This document shows positions 18,069 through 27,834 of a stretch of 64,000 nt of DNA, one piece after another. The stretch's first letter is position 1; the number at the start of each line of letters is the position of its first letter. The stretch is from a virus. Below the pieces are notes generated by a model. The model saw nothing but the letters and a program-made list of their open reading frames with translations, searched no databases and had not been told where the DNA came from. A program made the translations under genes and the position numbers. The DNA is taken from positions 36,465-100,464 of IMG/VR virus record IMGVR_UViG_3300048589_001082, one strand, 5' to 3'.

Positions 18069-19075
18069 TCCTCCTCATCCGGCCCGGCGGGCTGGAACAG
18101 ATTGGAACTGTGGTCGCCAAAAAAAGAGGCGAACAACGGCAACTCCGGTAGTGGCGGCGGGGGCGGCGGGGGCGTGCGCAGCGCCGTCTCGGCCGCCGGG
18201 TTGAGCCACAGCGACTCGACCGCGCTCCCATCACCGTTGACGCGCACCGTCTTGTCGTAGCGCGTCCAGCCGGTCAGCATCTCGTCGTACAGCCCGCAGC
18301 GGTAGCCGGAGAGGGCCACCATCGCGCTCAACCGGTTGAGCGTGTCCAGTAGCTTGGCGTGGTCGGCCTCGGTCATCTCGTGAACGTAGGCCGACCGCGC
18401 GTCCCGGACGCGCGTCTCAGGCATGTAGGGCGGATCGACGTAGAACAGTGTCCGCGGGTGGTCGTAGCGCCCCATGTGAACCAGGGCGTCTTCGTTCTCG
18501 ATGGTCACGCCTTTGAGCCGCTCCGCCACCACCCACAGGTGGGACGTGTCGGCAAAGGTCTTGGCCGCGGCCGTCATCGTCTTGCGGCCGTCGCGCCCGC
18601 GGCTGAAGACCTTCTGGCGACGGAAGCCGGGGTTGGTCGATGAGGAGGTCGGCCCGGCGATGGACATGTAGGCCCGCACGTAGAAGCGACGCGCCCGCTC
18701 GACCGGGTCGTCCGTCGGTTGGTAGGCCAGCTTCCATTCGTCCCAGGCGAACGGGGTCAGGTCGATGACCCGGATGAGTTCGTCCGGGCACTCGCGCAGG
18801 ATGCGGAAGAAGTGGGTCACCTCGCCCGCGCGGTCGTTGATGACCTCGATGAGCGAGCGTTCCGCCAGCAGCAGCACGTTGGCCATGCCGCAGTACGGCT
18901 CCGAGAGCGTGTCATGGTCGGCCGGCAGGTGACTGATGATCCACGGCCCCAGTGTGTGCTTGGAGCCGTGGTAACGACTGGTCGGCCGCCACGTCGCGTC
19001 GGCCGCCACCCGCATGGCGTTGCGCACGTCGTCCGTGCCGACCGTCCGCCGTTGCCTCGCCTTCCTGACGGCCAC
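18065..19075 (-). CDS. dam: D12-class (Dam-like) DNA adenine methyltransferase
   Basis: RYHGSK...EPYCG...EVIND...IENEDA...FYVDPPY...LSGY. Confidence 0.9.
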   Translation of the reverse strand: MAVRKARQRRTVGTDDVRNAMRVAADATWRPTSRYHGSKHTLGPWIISHLPADHDTLSEPYCGMANVLLLAERSLIEVINDRAGEVTHFFRILRECPDELIRVIDLTPFAWDEWKLAYQPTDDPVERARRFYVRAYMSIAGPTSSSTNPGFRRQKVFSRGRDGRKTMTAAAKTFADTSHLWVVAERLKGVTIENEDALVHMGRYDHPRTLFYVDPPYMPETRVRDARSAYVHEMTEADHAKLLDTLNRLSAMVALSGYRCGLYDEMLTGWTRYDKTVRVNGDGSAVESLWLNPAAETALRTPPPPPPPLPELPLFASFFGDHSSNLFQPAGPDEEE

Positions 19076-19076
19076 C

Positions 19077-19508
19077 CTACACCTCCCCATCCAGAACGTG
19101 GAAGGCCCGGATAGGCATTCCGGCGCTCGACCCGCCACAGCCGTAGGCCCCCACCCGCACGCCGCCCACTTCGCGCTCGACGCGCAGCCGCACCGGCCCG
19201 GCGTCCAGCCACACGCCGCTGCCCGGCGGCACAAGGTAGCCGTCGCCGGTGCGGGTCAGCGTCTCGCCCGCCTCGGCCACCAGCCGCTCCCATAGCGCCT
19301 GCTGGGCCTGGCGGTCGCACCAGATAAGATCGACGGTCGCGAGCACGTCCACGTCCCGCGTCTCGACCCGGCCGGGCTTCTCCTGCACCAGCACCCGGCC
19401 CAGGGCGCGGCCGTCGTCGGCCACGTAGCGGTAGCAGTAGAACCCGACGCGGCCGTCGTCCAGGAGGATGATGGTGCGCGGGGTGACGTCGGCCAGTACC
19501 GTTCTCAC
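19077..19508 (-). CDS. hypothetical protein
   Basis: coupled ORF. Confidence 0.6.
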   Translation of the reverse strand: MRTVLADVTPRTIILLDDGRVGFYCYRYVADDGRALGRVLVQEKPGRVETRDVDVLATVDLIWCDRQAQQALWERLVAEAGETLTRTGDGYLVPPGSGVWLDAGPVRLRVEREVGGVRVGAYGCGGSSAGMPIRAFHVLDGEV

Positions 19509-19924
19509 GACTCACCTCCGGCTACCTCGGCCGCCTGCAAGCGGGCCGCGTGGGCCATGACCAGGTTGAACGTGTCGCCCGGTAACATCTGCCGGGCGGC
19601 GTCCATGAAGTAGTTGCCGAACGTGCCGTACTTCTCGCGGCGTTCCTGGCTGCGGCGCTCCTTGCGGACGCGCTTGACCATCTCCAGTTGCCGCGCCTTG
19701 ATCTTCTGCGCCGTCCGGGCGCGACGGAACCAGTCGGCCGAGGCGTACTCGCCCGTCTCCCAGCGCCGCGCCGTGGCCGCCGCCAACTGGTCGCGAATGG
19801 CCGTAATGTCCCCCTGAAGCAGCATCTCCAGCTCCTCCAGTTGGTCGGCCGTCATCTTGCGAATGTCGTAGCGCGTCTCTTCGCGCTCGACGATGTAGAG
19901 GTGGTTATGGGTGTGGTTGCTCAT
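19505..19924 (-). CDS. hypothetical helical phage protein
   Basis: ORF with RBS. Confidence 0.7.
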   Translation of the reverse strand: MSNHTHNHLYIVEREETRYDIRKMTADQLEELEMLLQGDITAIRDQLAAATARRWETGEYASADWFRRARTAQKIKARQLEMVKRVRKERRSQERREKYGTFGNYFMDAARQMLPGDTFNLVMAHAARLQAAEVAGGES

Positions 19925-20065
19925 CTTTCACCTAAAGGGCCAGAATGAGTCACGCCACGGCGCAGCCCAGCCCGGCCACCAGTAGCGCCGCGACCAGGGC
20001 CACGGCCGCCGTCAGGGGGCCGCTGCCGCGTCGCGGGGGAACGGGATAGGGGTAGTCGTACTCGC

Positions 20066-20293
20066 TCACGCCGCCTCCCCCCACCCCAGCATCATCAGGG
20101 TGGCGTAGCTCATGCGCGGCGAGGGGATAACCCGCGCCCCGTCGATCTCCTCCGGCCACTCGCCGGGGCGCACCTGCACAAAGGTCGGCCGGCGGCCGTG
20201 TCGCGCGGCGACGGCGGCGATGGCCTTCCGCGCCTGATCGACGGGCGAGAGGGCGAAGTCCGACTTGTCTACCTGCCACAGAACGCCGTTCAT
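20066..20293 (-). CDS. hypothetical protein
   Basis: ATGA-coupled, MNGVLWQ. Confidence 0.6.
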   Translation of the reverse strand: MNGVLWQVDKSDFALSPVDQARKAIAAVAARHGRRPTFVQVRPGEWPEEIDGARVIPSPRMSYATLMMLGWGEAA

Positions 20294-20745
20294 CGTCCTA
20301 CCCCTCGCACCCAGCGGTCGTACATGACAATCGTCCCGGCCATGGCCACGTTGTAGCTTGCCGTCCGCGCGGCCGGGATGGCGACCTGCTCGACACACGC
20401 TTCACGCGCCGCGCGCGACAGACCGTTGTCCTCCGCGCCCAGGAGATACGCGCAGCGGGCCGGGTGGCGGTAGAGCGGCAGCGGCACGCCGCCCATCTCG
20501 ACGGCCACCAGGCGGCAGTCGTAGAGGCCGGCGCGAAGGTCTTCAACCGACTCGTAGCGGAAGAGAGGGATGCGCTGCCACGTGTGGGTGGTGTCGGTGA
20601 TGTTCCGCTTGTAGCGCGTCCCCACGGTGAAGATGAACGCCGCGCCCAACTGGTAGGCGCTGCGCCACAGCGTCCCCAGGTTCTCCGGGGTCTTGCCGGC
20701 GACGATGCCGATGCCGAAGTAGTTGCGATCCGGGTCTGGACTCAT
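20290..20745 (-). CDS. SPOUT-class (SpoU/TrmH/TrmL-like) RNA methyltransferase
   Basis: PENLGTLWRSA; YLLGAEDNGLS; IP.....SYNVAMAGTIVMYDR. Confidence 0.9.
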   Translation of the reverse strand: MSPDPDRNYFGIGIVAGKTPENLGTLWRSAYQLGAAFIFTVGTRYKRNITDTTHTWQRIPLFRYESVEDLRAGLYDCRLVAVEMGGVPLPLYRHPARCAYLLGAEDNGLSRAAREACVEQVAIPAARTASYNVAMAGTIVMYDRWVRGVGR

Positions 20746-20798
20746 TGTGCCTCCCGCCCCGCCGCTCTCGCGGCGGAGCGTCTCTCTACGGCCGCCGC

Positions 20799-21179
20799 TT
20801 ACCTCGCCGCGGCCGTCTCGCCGGTGTCCGCGCCCTCCCTCAGCAGCCGCCCGTAGTCGTTCGGCTCCAGGAAGTACCACGCCGCCCGCGCCGAGGGCAG
20901 CACCCGCGACGCGCAACGCATGGCCGCTACCAGAATGCGCGCCGCCTCCTGCCACGACAGAACCACGCGACGGCCGTCGGTGAAGACGGCGTCCGCGCCG
21001 CGCGGGGTCGTCTCTATGGCAAAGAGGGAGAATGACACCGGGTACACTCCGTCATCGCGCTCGACGCGCTCTATGGGCCGGATAACCAGTCCGGCCGCTC
21101 CGGGGGCCGCGGCCCCCTCCGGTACGGCTACAATCATCGTTGACACTCGTTGACACAATCGCCGCCCGTCTGCCGTCAT
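20799..21179 (-). CDS. hypothetical protein
   Basis: first ORF after promoter at about 21230. Confidence 0.6.
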   Translation of the reverse strand: MTADGRRLCQRVSTMIVAVPEGAAAPGAAGLVIRPIERVERDDGVYPVSFSLFAIETTPRGADAVFTDGRRVVLSWQEAARILVAAMRCASRVLPSARAAWYFLEPNDYGRLLREGADTGETAAAR

Positions 21180-21199
21180 ATGGCCTGTTTATGGCCATT

Positions 21200-21256
21200 T
21201 GGTTGCGACTGGTTGCGATTTCCTGCATTGTAGCACAGGCCGCCCCCCTTTGTCTA
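21200..21256 (-). promoter_or_regulatory. promoter with downstream tandem TGGTTGCGA operator half-sites
   Basis: TAGACA-N18-(TGc)TACAAT; TGGTTGCGAC-TGGTTGCGATT. Confidence 0.6.
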
Positions 21257-21267
21257 GGGGGGCGGCC
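21238..21267. terminator. GC hairpin downstream of MTase-helicase gene
   Basis: GGCCGCCCCCC-N8-GGGGGGCGGCC. Confidence 0.55.
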
Positions 21268-21292
21268 GAAACTCGCGTGAATTGGGGGTGAA

Positions 21293-24200
21293 CTACCCGA
21301 ACAGCGCCAGTTGCCGCGCCGGGCCGGATGGGGGCGACGGGCGGTGCGGCGCTTCCGGGGCCGGGGCGGGCGGGGACGGCGAGGGCGTCGGCGTCGGGCG
21401 GCGGCCGTCGGCGAAGCGCGGGCGGTCGCCCGACGCGCCCGCCGACAGCTTGTGGTAGATGGCCTGACCGACCGACATGGCCGCCAGGGCGGTGCTCTCG
21501 TTGTCCCCCACGCCGGCCGCCAGGAGCGCCGAGGTCACGTCCAGCCCGTCGGCCTGCCGCGCGGCGGCGACCTTGTGCCCCAGCAGCGCGAACTGCGTTT
21601 CCTGGGTCGTCGCGCCGTAGTAGGGCACGTAGACCCGACACTCGGCCGTCTGGCCCGGCCGGTGGATGCGGCCGTTGGCCTGGGTGTAGGTGACGGAGGA
21701 GCAGTTGGGGTTCTGGAACCAGACGGCGGTTGAGAAGTAGACCAGGTTGTTCAGCCCCGTCTCGACCGCCTCCGGGTTGACGATGAGCACCCGCCGGCCG
21801 CGGCGGATGACCTCGCGGTTGATCCACTCCATGCGCTTGCCGGCCGCGACCTTGTCGGCCAGGAGCAGCGTCGCCGTGCCCGCGCCGAAGCGGGCCTCCA
21901 CCAGCCGCAGGACGCGCGCGGCCAGACCGCTGCGGGTGTTGACCACGAAGACGATGCAGCGCCGCCCCTCGGCCAACTCGGCCGAGAGCGTCTCCAGAAG
22001 CCACGCCTCCTTGGCCGCCGTCTCCCCGGCCGGGCGCGGCTCGGCCGTCGCCACCAGCCCGCCGCCGATCGAGGCCGGGTAGCGAATCTCGTAACGCCGG
22101 CCGCCGCCCTCGGTGTCGGCGTTGCCGGTGTCGGCGTGGGCGCGGTCGAGGTAGGTCGGCATCTGGGCCATCTGTCCCCACAGCAACCCGGCGGCCGGCG
22201 ACTGCGCCCGCAGGTCGTCCATGATCTGCGTCACCAGCCTCTCGCGCAGGCGGCCGTACTCGGCCCGCACCGGCCCGTCGGGCGCGACCGCCTCGCCAAT
22301 CTCCACCAGCGGCGGCAGCTCCTCGACCATGTCCGACTTCTGGAGGAGGATAGCCGAGGGCAGCATGTGGCGCAGGGTAAAGAGCGGCAGCACGCCCGGC
22401 GCTTGCCCGATCTTCCGCAGCTTGCGGGCCGCGCCGGAGTCAACCACCCGGTCGCTCATGGCCCCGTAGCGGTTGTACCAGTCGATCTCCTCTTCGTCGG
22501 GGTCAATGCGCACCTTGCGGTAGCCGTAGCGGTTGACGAACGCCTCCATCTCGTCGCGGCCGAACTCGTCCCGGAAGCGGCGCGAGAGCGCCCACATGTT
22601 CATAAACAGCGACGAGGCGTAACCGTTGTTGGACGTGCCGGTCAAGACCAGCGTCGGCCGCCCCAGACCCGTCAGGCGATGGGCGGCCCGCTCCTGGGCC
22701 GATCCGTCGGTCGAGTACTCGTGGGCCTCGTCCAACACCAGCAGGTCGAACAGCCCCGGCGCATGGCGGCTAATGTAGGTCGCCAGCGGGTAGCGGCGCG
22801 GCGACGGCTCGGCCTGGTACAGCCGCTCGCCGCACGGCTCGCCCCGTTGCCACTCCCCCTCCCCTACCAGCGCCTCCAAGAGCGCCACGGCCGCCGCCGG
22901 GCTGCCCAGGGGAACGGCGGCGGCGTTGTAGCTGCCGGCCTTCACCGGGCGGCCGCCCGACCACTCGTAGGCCGACGTCTGCCAGGCGTTGTCACCGGCC
23001 GTCCACGTCCCGGCGCGCTGGGCGGCCAGCTTCTCCAGGTAGCGCAACACGCTCGCCCGGTTGGTCGGGTCAACCCGCTCGCCCCAGCGCGCCAGCGCCG
23101 CCGTCGCCCCTTCCGGGCCACAGCCGACCAGGAGGTGCAGCGCCGCGTCGCGCACCGGGCGGGCGGTATAGGCGTCGCTATCTCGACTGTCGGCGGCGTG
23201 CATCAGGCCATCGACCATGCCGATAACGGCCTTGTCCCGGCCGGGCCAGGCTGTCGCGTCCACGGCCCATAGCGCCAGGCCCAGGCGTTCGACGGCCGCT
23301 TTGGCCGCCGACCACTCCCCGGCCGCGCAGTGGGCCATCGCCCCGGCGTAGACCCAGGCGGCGATCTCGCGGGCGGCCCGCGCCCGGCTGTTCCACACCG
23401 CCTGCCGGGCGTCGGCCACGTCGGCCGGGTCGGCCGCGGCGTAGCGGGCGGCCCACTTGCGGCGCTGGGCCGCGACCATCCGCCCCCGCGCCAGGTGGGG
23501 CAGGTCGGGGTTCTCCGGCGTGACCGGCGCGAGGGCCAGGGCCAGCCGCTCGGCCCAGCGGGCGGCGTCCGACGCGGGCCGCGTCTCGCGGTGGTCGCAC
23601 ACCAGCCGCCCGGCGGCGACCTCGGCCGCCGTGGCCGCAACCGTCGCGCCGCAGCGCGGGCAGCGACCGGCGGCGCGGCCGTCGCCCCAGGGGTGTCCCA
23701 GCTTGGCGTACTCGCGCGACAGCAGCAGCAGCGTCAGCCCGTCGCCCGGCTGCCCGGTCGGCGGCGCGTCGGGCAGCGCCAGGGCCGCGTCCACGTCGGT
23801 GACGCGCTCCAGGACGACCACCCGCGCCCCCGGCAGGCACTTGGCCGCCTCGGCCGCCCACGACGCCACCAGATGGGGCGGGCACACGACCAAGACCCGG
23901 CGCACCGGGCGGGCGCGGCCTCGGCCGCCCAGTTGGGCCACCGTCCGGGCGTAGTGGGCCGGGGAGAGGGCCGCGGCCACACCGAAGGCGATGAGCGTCT
24001 TGCCCGTGCCGACCTCGCCCAGCACGAAGGGGTGCTCCCCGGCGAAGGGGGCGTCTTCGGCCAGGATGACCTTCAGCGCCGCGGCGATGCCGTGGGCCTG
24101 ATACGGAAAGGGCACGAGGCCCAGCGGCGGCAACTCCGGCAGCGCGTCGGGATCGGCCGGGTCGTGGAGCGGCGGGCACTGCCGCCGCATGAGGGCCGCC

Positions 24201-25426
24201 AGCGACAGCCCGTAGTGCTCCAGGAGGTCGGCGGCGTTGAACTCCGCCACCACGTCCGCCCCCGTCGCCGTGGCCCCGTCGGCCAGATCGTGGTACGTCC
24301 AGGTACGCATGTCGAGAATGGAGATGCTCAGGCGCGGCTGCTGCACCGCCACCTGCGAGGTGACGCGGCCTTCCTTGTCGGTCTTCTCCTCGATGACCCG
24401 GTACTCCTTGTTGAACACCCCCTTGACCATCAGGGGCGGCAGACCGCCGGCGGGGTCATCGGGCGGGATGCGGTGGCCGTTGACCAACCCCGCCGCGAGG
24501 GCCACGGCCACGTGGGCCGGGCGCGGCGGCATAACCACCGGGAAGCGGTGGCTGATGAGATCGTCCAGGCCCGTCTCCAGCCCCAGGCCGCGCACCGGGG
24601 CCAGGCGGTCGGCCCGGCCTTCCATGAGCGGCCGGGCGGCCTCGTAGAGCGCCGTCACGTCCACCGGGTTGAGCCGCCAGCCGTCCAGCGCCCCAATGCC
24701 CGCGCCTTCGCCCAGGGCAACGCGGGGTGACGCGGCGTCGAGCGAGACCAGCGCGTCGGGATGGGCGGCCCAGTCGCGCACCCGCGCCTCGGCCGCCGGG
24801 TCGGGGAAGCGGCGCGGCGTGGCCCGGCGGCGGCCGATGAGAACCACCTGCCGGAACGCCTCGTACTCCCCCGGCGGGAAGCGGAAGCAGTCCAGCGCTT
24901 CGTACTCGGCCGTCAGGTAGGCCGCCGACGCGGCCAGGGCGTAGTGGGGGACGATGTAGACCAGCCAGCCCGCGCCCGGCCGCAGGGCGGGCGTGAAGCG
25001 GGCCAGAAACCGGTGCTCCAGACGGCCGGTCTCGCGGTCGATGTCGTAGGGCGGGTTCAGGTACAGCACGTCCGCACCGGGCTTGTCCCACGACACCTGG
25101 AAGGCGTCGCCGTGGAGGGTGCGGGCGTCGGCCGTCCACACCTGCTCGACGCCGAGGACGCGGCGGCGCAGCGCGGCGGCCCGCTCCGCCTCCAGTTCCA
25201 CGGTGTAGTACTGGGCGTTGTCGGCACCGGCGCGCGGCAGAAGCGTCTCGCCCAGCGTCGTCACCGCCTCGCCGTCTCCGGCGCAGGGGTCGAGAAAAGC
25301 GTAGGTGGTGTACCGGCCGCCGCGCGGGCGGTAGGGTAGCGGCGCGAACAGGGCCGCGATCTGCTCGACCACGGATACAGGGGTCTTGTAGTAGCCGCCG
25401 ACGGCGACTGATTCCGGCCTAGCCAT
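21293..25426 (-). CDS. N6-adenine methyltransferase (DUF6094-like) fused to SF2/SNF2-like helicase
   Basis: GYYKTP, LDPCAGDG, LYLNPPY; GEVGTGKT, DEAHE, LTGT, ETGLNNL, QANGRIHRPGQ; C-terminal QLALF. Confidence 0.9.
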   Translation of the reverse strand: MARPESVAVGGYYKTPVSVVEQIAALFAPLPYRPRGGRYTTYAFLDPCAGDGEAVTTLGETLLPRAGADNAQYYTVELEAERAAALRRRVLGVEQVWTADARTLHGDAFQVSWDKPGADVLYLNPPYDIDRETGRLEHRFLARFTPALRPGAGWLVYIVPHYALAASAAYLTAEYEALDCFRFPPGEYEAFRQVVLIGRRRATPRRFPDPAAEARVRDWAAHPDALVSLDAASPRVALGEGAGIGALDGWRLNPVDVTALYEAARPLMEGRADRLAPVRGLGLETGLDDLISHRFPVVMPPRPAHVAVALAAGLVNGHRIPPDDPAGGLPPLMVKGVFNKEYRVIEEKTDKEGRVTSQVAVQQPRLSISILDMRTWTYHDLADGATATGADVVAEFNAADLLEHYGLSLAALMRRQCPPLHDPADPDALPELPPLGLVPFPYQAHGIAAALKVILAEDAPFAGEHPFVLGEVGTGKTLIAFGVAAALSPAHYARTVAQLGGRGRARPVRRVLVVCPPHLVASWAAEAAKCLPGARVVVLERVTDVDAALALPDAPPTGQPGDGLTLLLLSREYAKLGHPWGDGRAAGRCPRCGATVAATAAEVAAGRLVCDHRETRPASDAARWAERLALALAPVTPENPDLPHLARGRMVAAQRRKWAARYAAADPADVADARQAVWNSRARAAREIAAWVYAGAMAHCAAGEWSAAKAAVERLGLALWAVDATAWPGRDKAVIGMVDGLMHAADSRDSDAYTARPVRDAALHLLVGCGPEGATAALARWGERVDPTNRASVLRYLEKLAAQRAGTWTAGDNAWQTSAYEWSGGRPVKAGSYNAAAVPLGSPAAAVALLEALVGEGEWQRGEPCGERLYQAEPSPRRYPLATYISRHAPGLFDLLVLDEAHEYSTDGSAQERAAHRLTGLGRPTLVLTGTSNNGYASSLFMNMWALSRRFRDEFGRDEMEAFVNRYGYRKVRIDPDEEEIDWYNRYGAMSDRVVDSGAARKLRKIGQAPGVLPLFTLRHMLPSAILLQKSDMVEELPPLVEIGEAVAPDGPVRAEYGRLRERLVTQIMDDLRAQSPAAGLLWGQMAQMPTYLDRAHADTGNADTEGGGRRYEIRYPASIGGGLVATAEPRPAGETAAKEAWLLETLSAELAEGRRCIVFVVNTRSGLAARVLRLVEARFGAGTATLLLADKVAAGKRMEWINREVIRRGRRVLIVNPEAVETGLNNLVYFSTAVWFQNPNCSSVTYTQANGRIHRPGQTAECRVYVPYYGATTQETQFALLGHKVAAARQADGLDVTSALLAAGVGDNESTALAAMSVGQAIYHKLSAGASGDRPRFADGRRPTPTPSPSPPAPAPEAPHRPSPPSGPARQLALFG

Positions 25427-26315
25427 TGGTCACCTCGTGATACAGCCGGACTTCCCCGGCCAGAAAGGCATCGACCGCGGCCGACGTGGCCCGGAAGACG
25501 GCCGACGGGCGGAAGCCGAAGCGGGTCATGTTGAACTCCTTCGTCCCCCGCGCCCACTCCTGCTCGCACCAGCGGCGCGCGCCGTAGTTGTCCTTGTGCG
25601 CCCGCGAGGCCAGCCCCAGGCCGAAGGCGCGGACGTAGGCTTGCAGGTAGAAGGCCGGGTCGTTGGGGATGGGGCGGCGCGTGCGCCGGTCGAGGAACTG
25701 GGCGAACCGCGCCGCCTCCGGCACCAGGTCGAGCAGCGCCTCATCGGTCAGCGGGTCGCCCTTGTAGCGGTGGCCGAAACCGGGACCATCATCCACGCCG
25801 GACGGCACGCCGTGCAGCCCGGCGCGGCGGGCGTGGTCGAGCAGCCGCCCGCACATCTCCCGGTCGGCCGCCAGCGCCGCCGCTTCGGCCGCGTGCCACC
25901 AGCCGGGCGTTGTCACCAGAAAGGACACCATCTCCGGGTCGATCATCCCCGGATCGACCAGGAAGAGTTCCTGCAAGAAAATCTGGGCCACCGTCCCGGC
26001 CTCGTGGCGCTGCAAGGCGGTGGTGTAGACGGCCGACTTGAGCAGGGCCACGTAGGCTGTCTCCTGGTTGTAGCGCGACCGGTCGCCCTGGGTATCGACC
26101 GCCTTGCGCCCCAGACGAAGGTTCGCCAGAAACGGCCGCAGCGCCGCCTCGCTGCCGGCCACGGCCAGAAAGACGGGGCGGACGACCTTGCCGGTGTCGG
26201 TTCGGCCGCCGTCCCACAGCGGGTCGGCCCGCAGCGACGCCAGATACACGGCCGAGAACGACCGGGTCTTGCCCGTCTTGGTCGCGGCCTCTTTGGTGAT
26301 GGTCAGGGTGTGCAT
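25419..26315 (-). CDS. conserved hypothetical protein coupled to the MTase-helicase
   Basis: overlapping stop/start; FLAVAGSEAALRPFLANLRLG. Confidence 0.75.
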   Translation of the reverse strand: MHTLTITKEAATKTGKTRSFSAVYLASLRADPLWDGGRTDTGKVVRPVFLAVAGSEAALRPFLANLRLGRKAVDTQGDRSRYNQETAYVALLKSAVYTTALQRHEAGTVAQIFLQELFLVDPGMIDPEMVSFLVTTPGWWHAAEAAALAADREMCGRLLDHARRAGLHGVPSGVDDGPGFGHRYKGDPLTDEALLDLVPEAARFAQFLDRRTRRPIPNDPAFYLQAYVRAFGLGLASRAHKDNYGARRWCEQEWARGTKEFNMTRFGFRPSAVFRATSAAVDAFLAGEVRLYHEVTNG

Positions 26316-26602
26316 GTTTCACTCCGTGCCGCGATGGGCGGCAGTAGATGGTTGAGCGTTCCCTCCGGCGGCGCGACCGCGCCGTCCGGCTCCAGCCGCG
26401 CCGTGCCGAAGGCGTAGAACCAGGCGCGGCCGTCGGCCTCGACCGCTACCCGGCGCGCCGTGCCGACCGCGGCCAGCGCGTCGGCGTGGCGCTCGAAGGG
26501 GCCGTATACGAGCGCCCAGCGGCGGCCGTCACGGACGCTGACGTAGTAGTGACCGGGGCGCGGGTCGGGTTCGACCGCGGCCCCCTGGGTATCGGGTATC
26601 AT
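26303..26602 (-). CDS. small MGE protein
   Basis: YYVSVRDG...GPF..HADALA.V..AR....D..AWFYAFGT. Confidence 0.7.
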   Translation of the reverse strand: MIPDTQGAAVEPDPRPGHYYVSVRDGRRWALVYGPFERHADALAAVGTARRVAVEADGRAWFYAFGTARLEPDGAVAPPEGTLNHLLPPIAARSETCTP

Positions 26603-26672
26603 GGAATTCGCTCCACGGCGGAGCGGAACGGCCGTCCGTCCCGCTCCGCCACGAAAACCGGCAACACCCCCC

Positions 26673-27119
26673 TTAGAAGGGGATGTCTTCTTCGGTCGCC
26701 AGCGCCACCCGCTCCGGGCCGCCGGCGGGCAACAGGCCGTCGCGCCACAGGGCAAGGATGGTCTCGACCGCCCGGCGTTCGTCGTCGGCCAGCCGTAGGG
26801 CCGTCTTGGCCCGCGTCAGCTCCACCTCGGCCGCCAGCAGCGCCGCTCGCTGCTCGGCCACCGTCTCGCGCTGGGCGGCCGTGGCGGCGTGGGCGGCGGC
26901 CTTGCGCTGCGTCTCGTTCGTGCCCGGCGCGTCGGCCTGGGCCAGAAGCAGGGCCGCGGCCAACCGGCCCTCGGCCGTCTCCAGATTGAACCGCGCCGAC
27001 AGCGCGGCCACCTCGGCCGTCAGTAACGCCGCGCGGGCGGCCGACAGCCGGCCGTGGCACTCGTTCAGCCGGGCCACCGTCTGGGAAAGGGTCAGCGTTG
27101 TCAGGTGTGGTTGCGACAT
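26673..27119 (-). CDS. coiled-coil protein with SSB-like EEDIPF tail
   Basis: GGAGG RBS; C-terminus TEEDIPF. Confidence 0.75.
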   Translation of the reverse strand: MSQPHLTTLTLSQTVARLNECHGRLSAARAALLTAEVAALSARFNLETAEGRLAAALLLAQADAPGTNETQRKAAAHAATAAQRETVAEQRAALLAAEVELTRAKTALRLADDERRAVETILALWRDGLLPAGGPERVALATEEDIPF

Positions 27120-27163
27120 GGAATACCTCCGTATTGTACCATCTTGGGACGAATTTCAACCAG
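27107..27163 (-). promoter_or_regulatory. promoter overlapped by 20-bp operator
   Basis: TTGAAA...(TGg)TACAAT 27133-27138; operator CTGGTTGAAATTCGTCCCAA (minus 27144-27163); half-site at 27107-27117. Confidence 0.6.
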
Positions 27164-27177
27164 TAAAGGCAAACAAC

Positions 27178-27834
27178 TCAGTCGATCTCGACCAGCACCA
27201 CCGTCGCGCCGTCGCGCGACAGGTAGGTGTACTCCCGCGCCCCGGCGTGGTACAGGAACTCGACGTACTCCCCGCGCCGGCGCGCCGACCAGCCGTGGGA
27301 GCCGTCGCCGATGACCAGCCACAGGCGCGGGAAGGCGCGGCAGAAGGCCACGGCCGCCGACTGCCACGGCGCGGCCTCGACGGTGTAGCGGGCCAGGTAC
27401 TCCGCTTCGGCCACGTCCGCGCCGAGCATGACCCGACGGCCGCCCTCGACCGCCTCGGCCCACCGGCCGTCCCAGCGCTCCGGCCGGGCGTCGTAGGCGT
27501 TGCCGTCGAAGGCCCGCAGCGACCACCCCGGCAGGCCGCGGGCGACCTCGCGCAGCGCCGGGCGCACCGCCCGTTCGCGCGTGTAGGCCGCCTCGGCCGC
27601 CGCGCGGGGGGTGGCGTGGGGCGTGGCCAGCGCCGCATCCACCACCCGCACCCGCGGGCCGCAGGCCACCCAGGCCGCGCCCGACGGGTAGACGCCGCCG
27701 GAGGGAAGTTGGCCCAGGTCGGGATCGCGTTCGGCGGCCACCCACCAGTAACCGGGGGCGTTCGGCCGCGGGGTCAGGCGAATACCCGCAACGCTGGCCG
27801 GGAAGGGAACGCCCGGCAGAACGGCGGCGCTCAC
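27178..27834 (-). CDS. hypothetical protein, probable paralog of upstream gene
   Basis: GTGA-coupled; HATPRAAAEAA. Confidence 0.65.
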   Translation of the reverse strand: MSAAVLPGVPFPASVAGIRLTPRPNAPGYWWVAAERDPDLGQLPSGGVYPSGAAWVACGPRVRVVDAALATPHATPRAAAEAAYTRERAVRPALREVARGLPGWSLRAFDGNAYDARPERWDGRWAEAVEGGRRVMLGADVAEAEYLARYTVEAAPWQSAAVAFCRAFPRLWLVIGDGSHGWSARRRGEYVEFLYHAGAREYTYLSRDGATVVLVEID

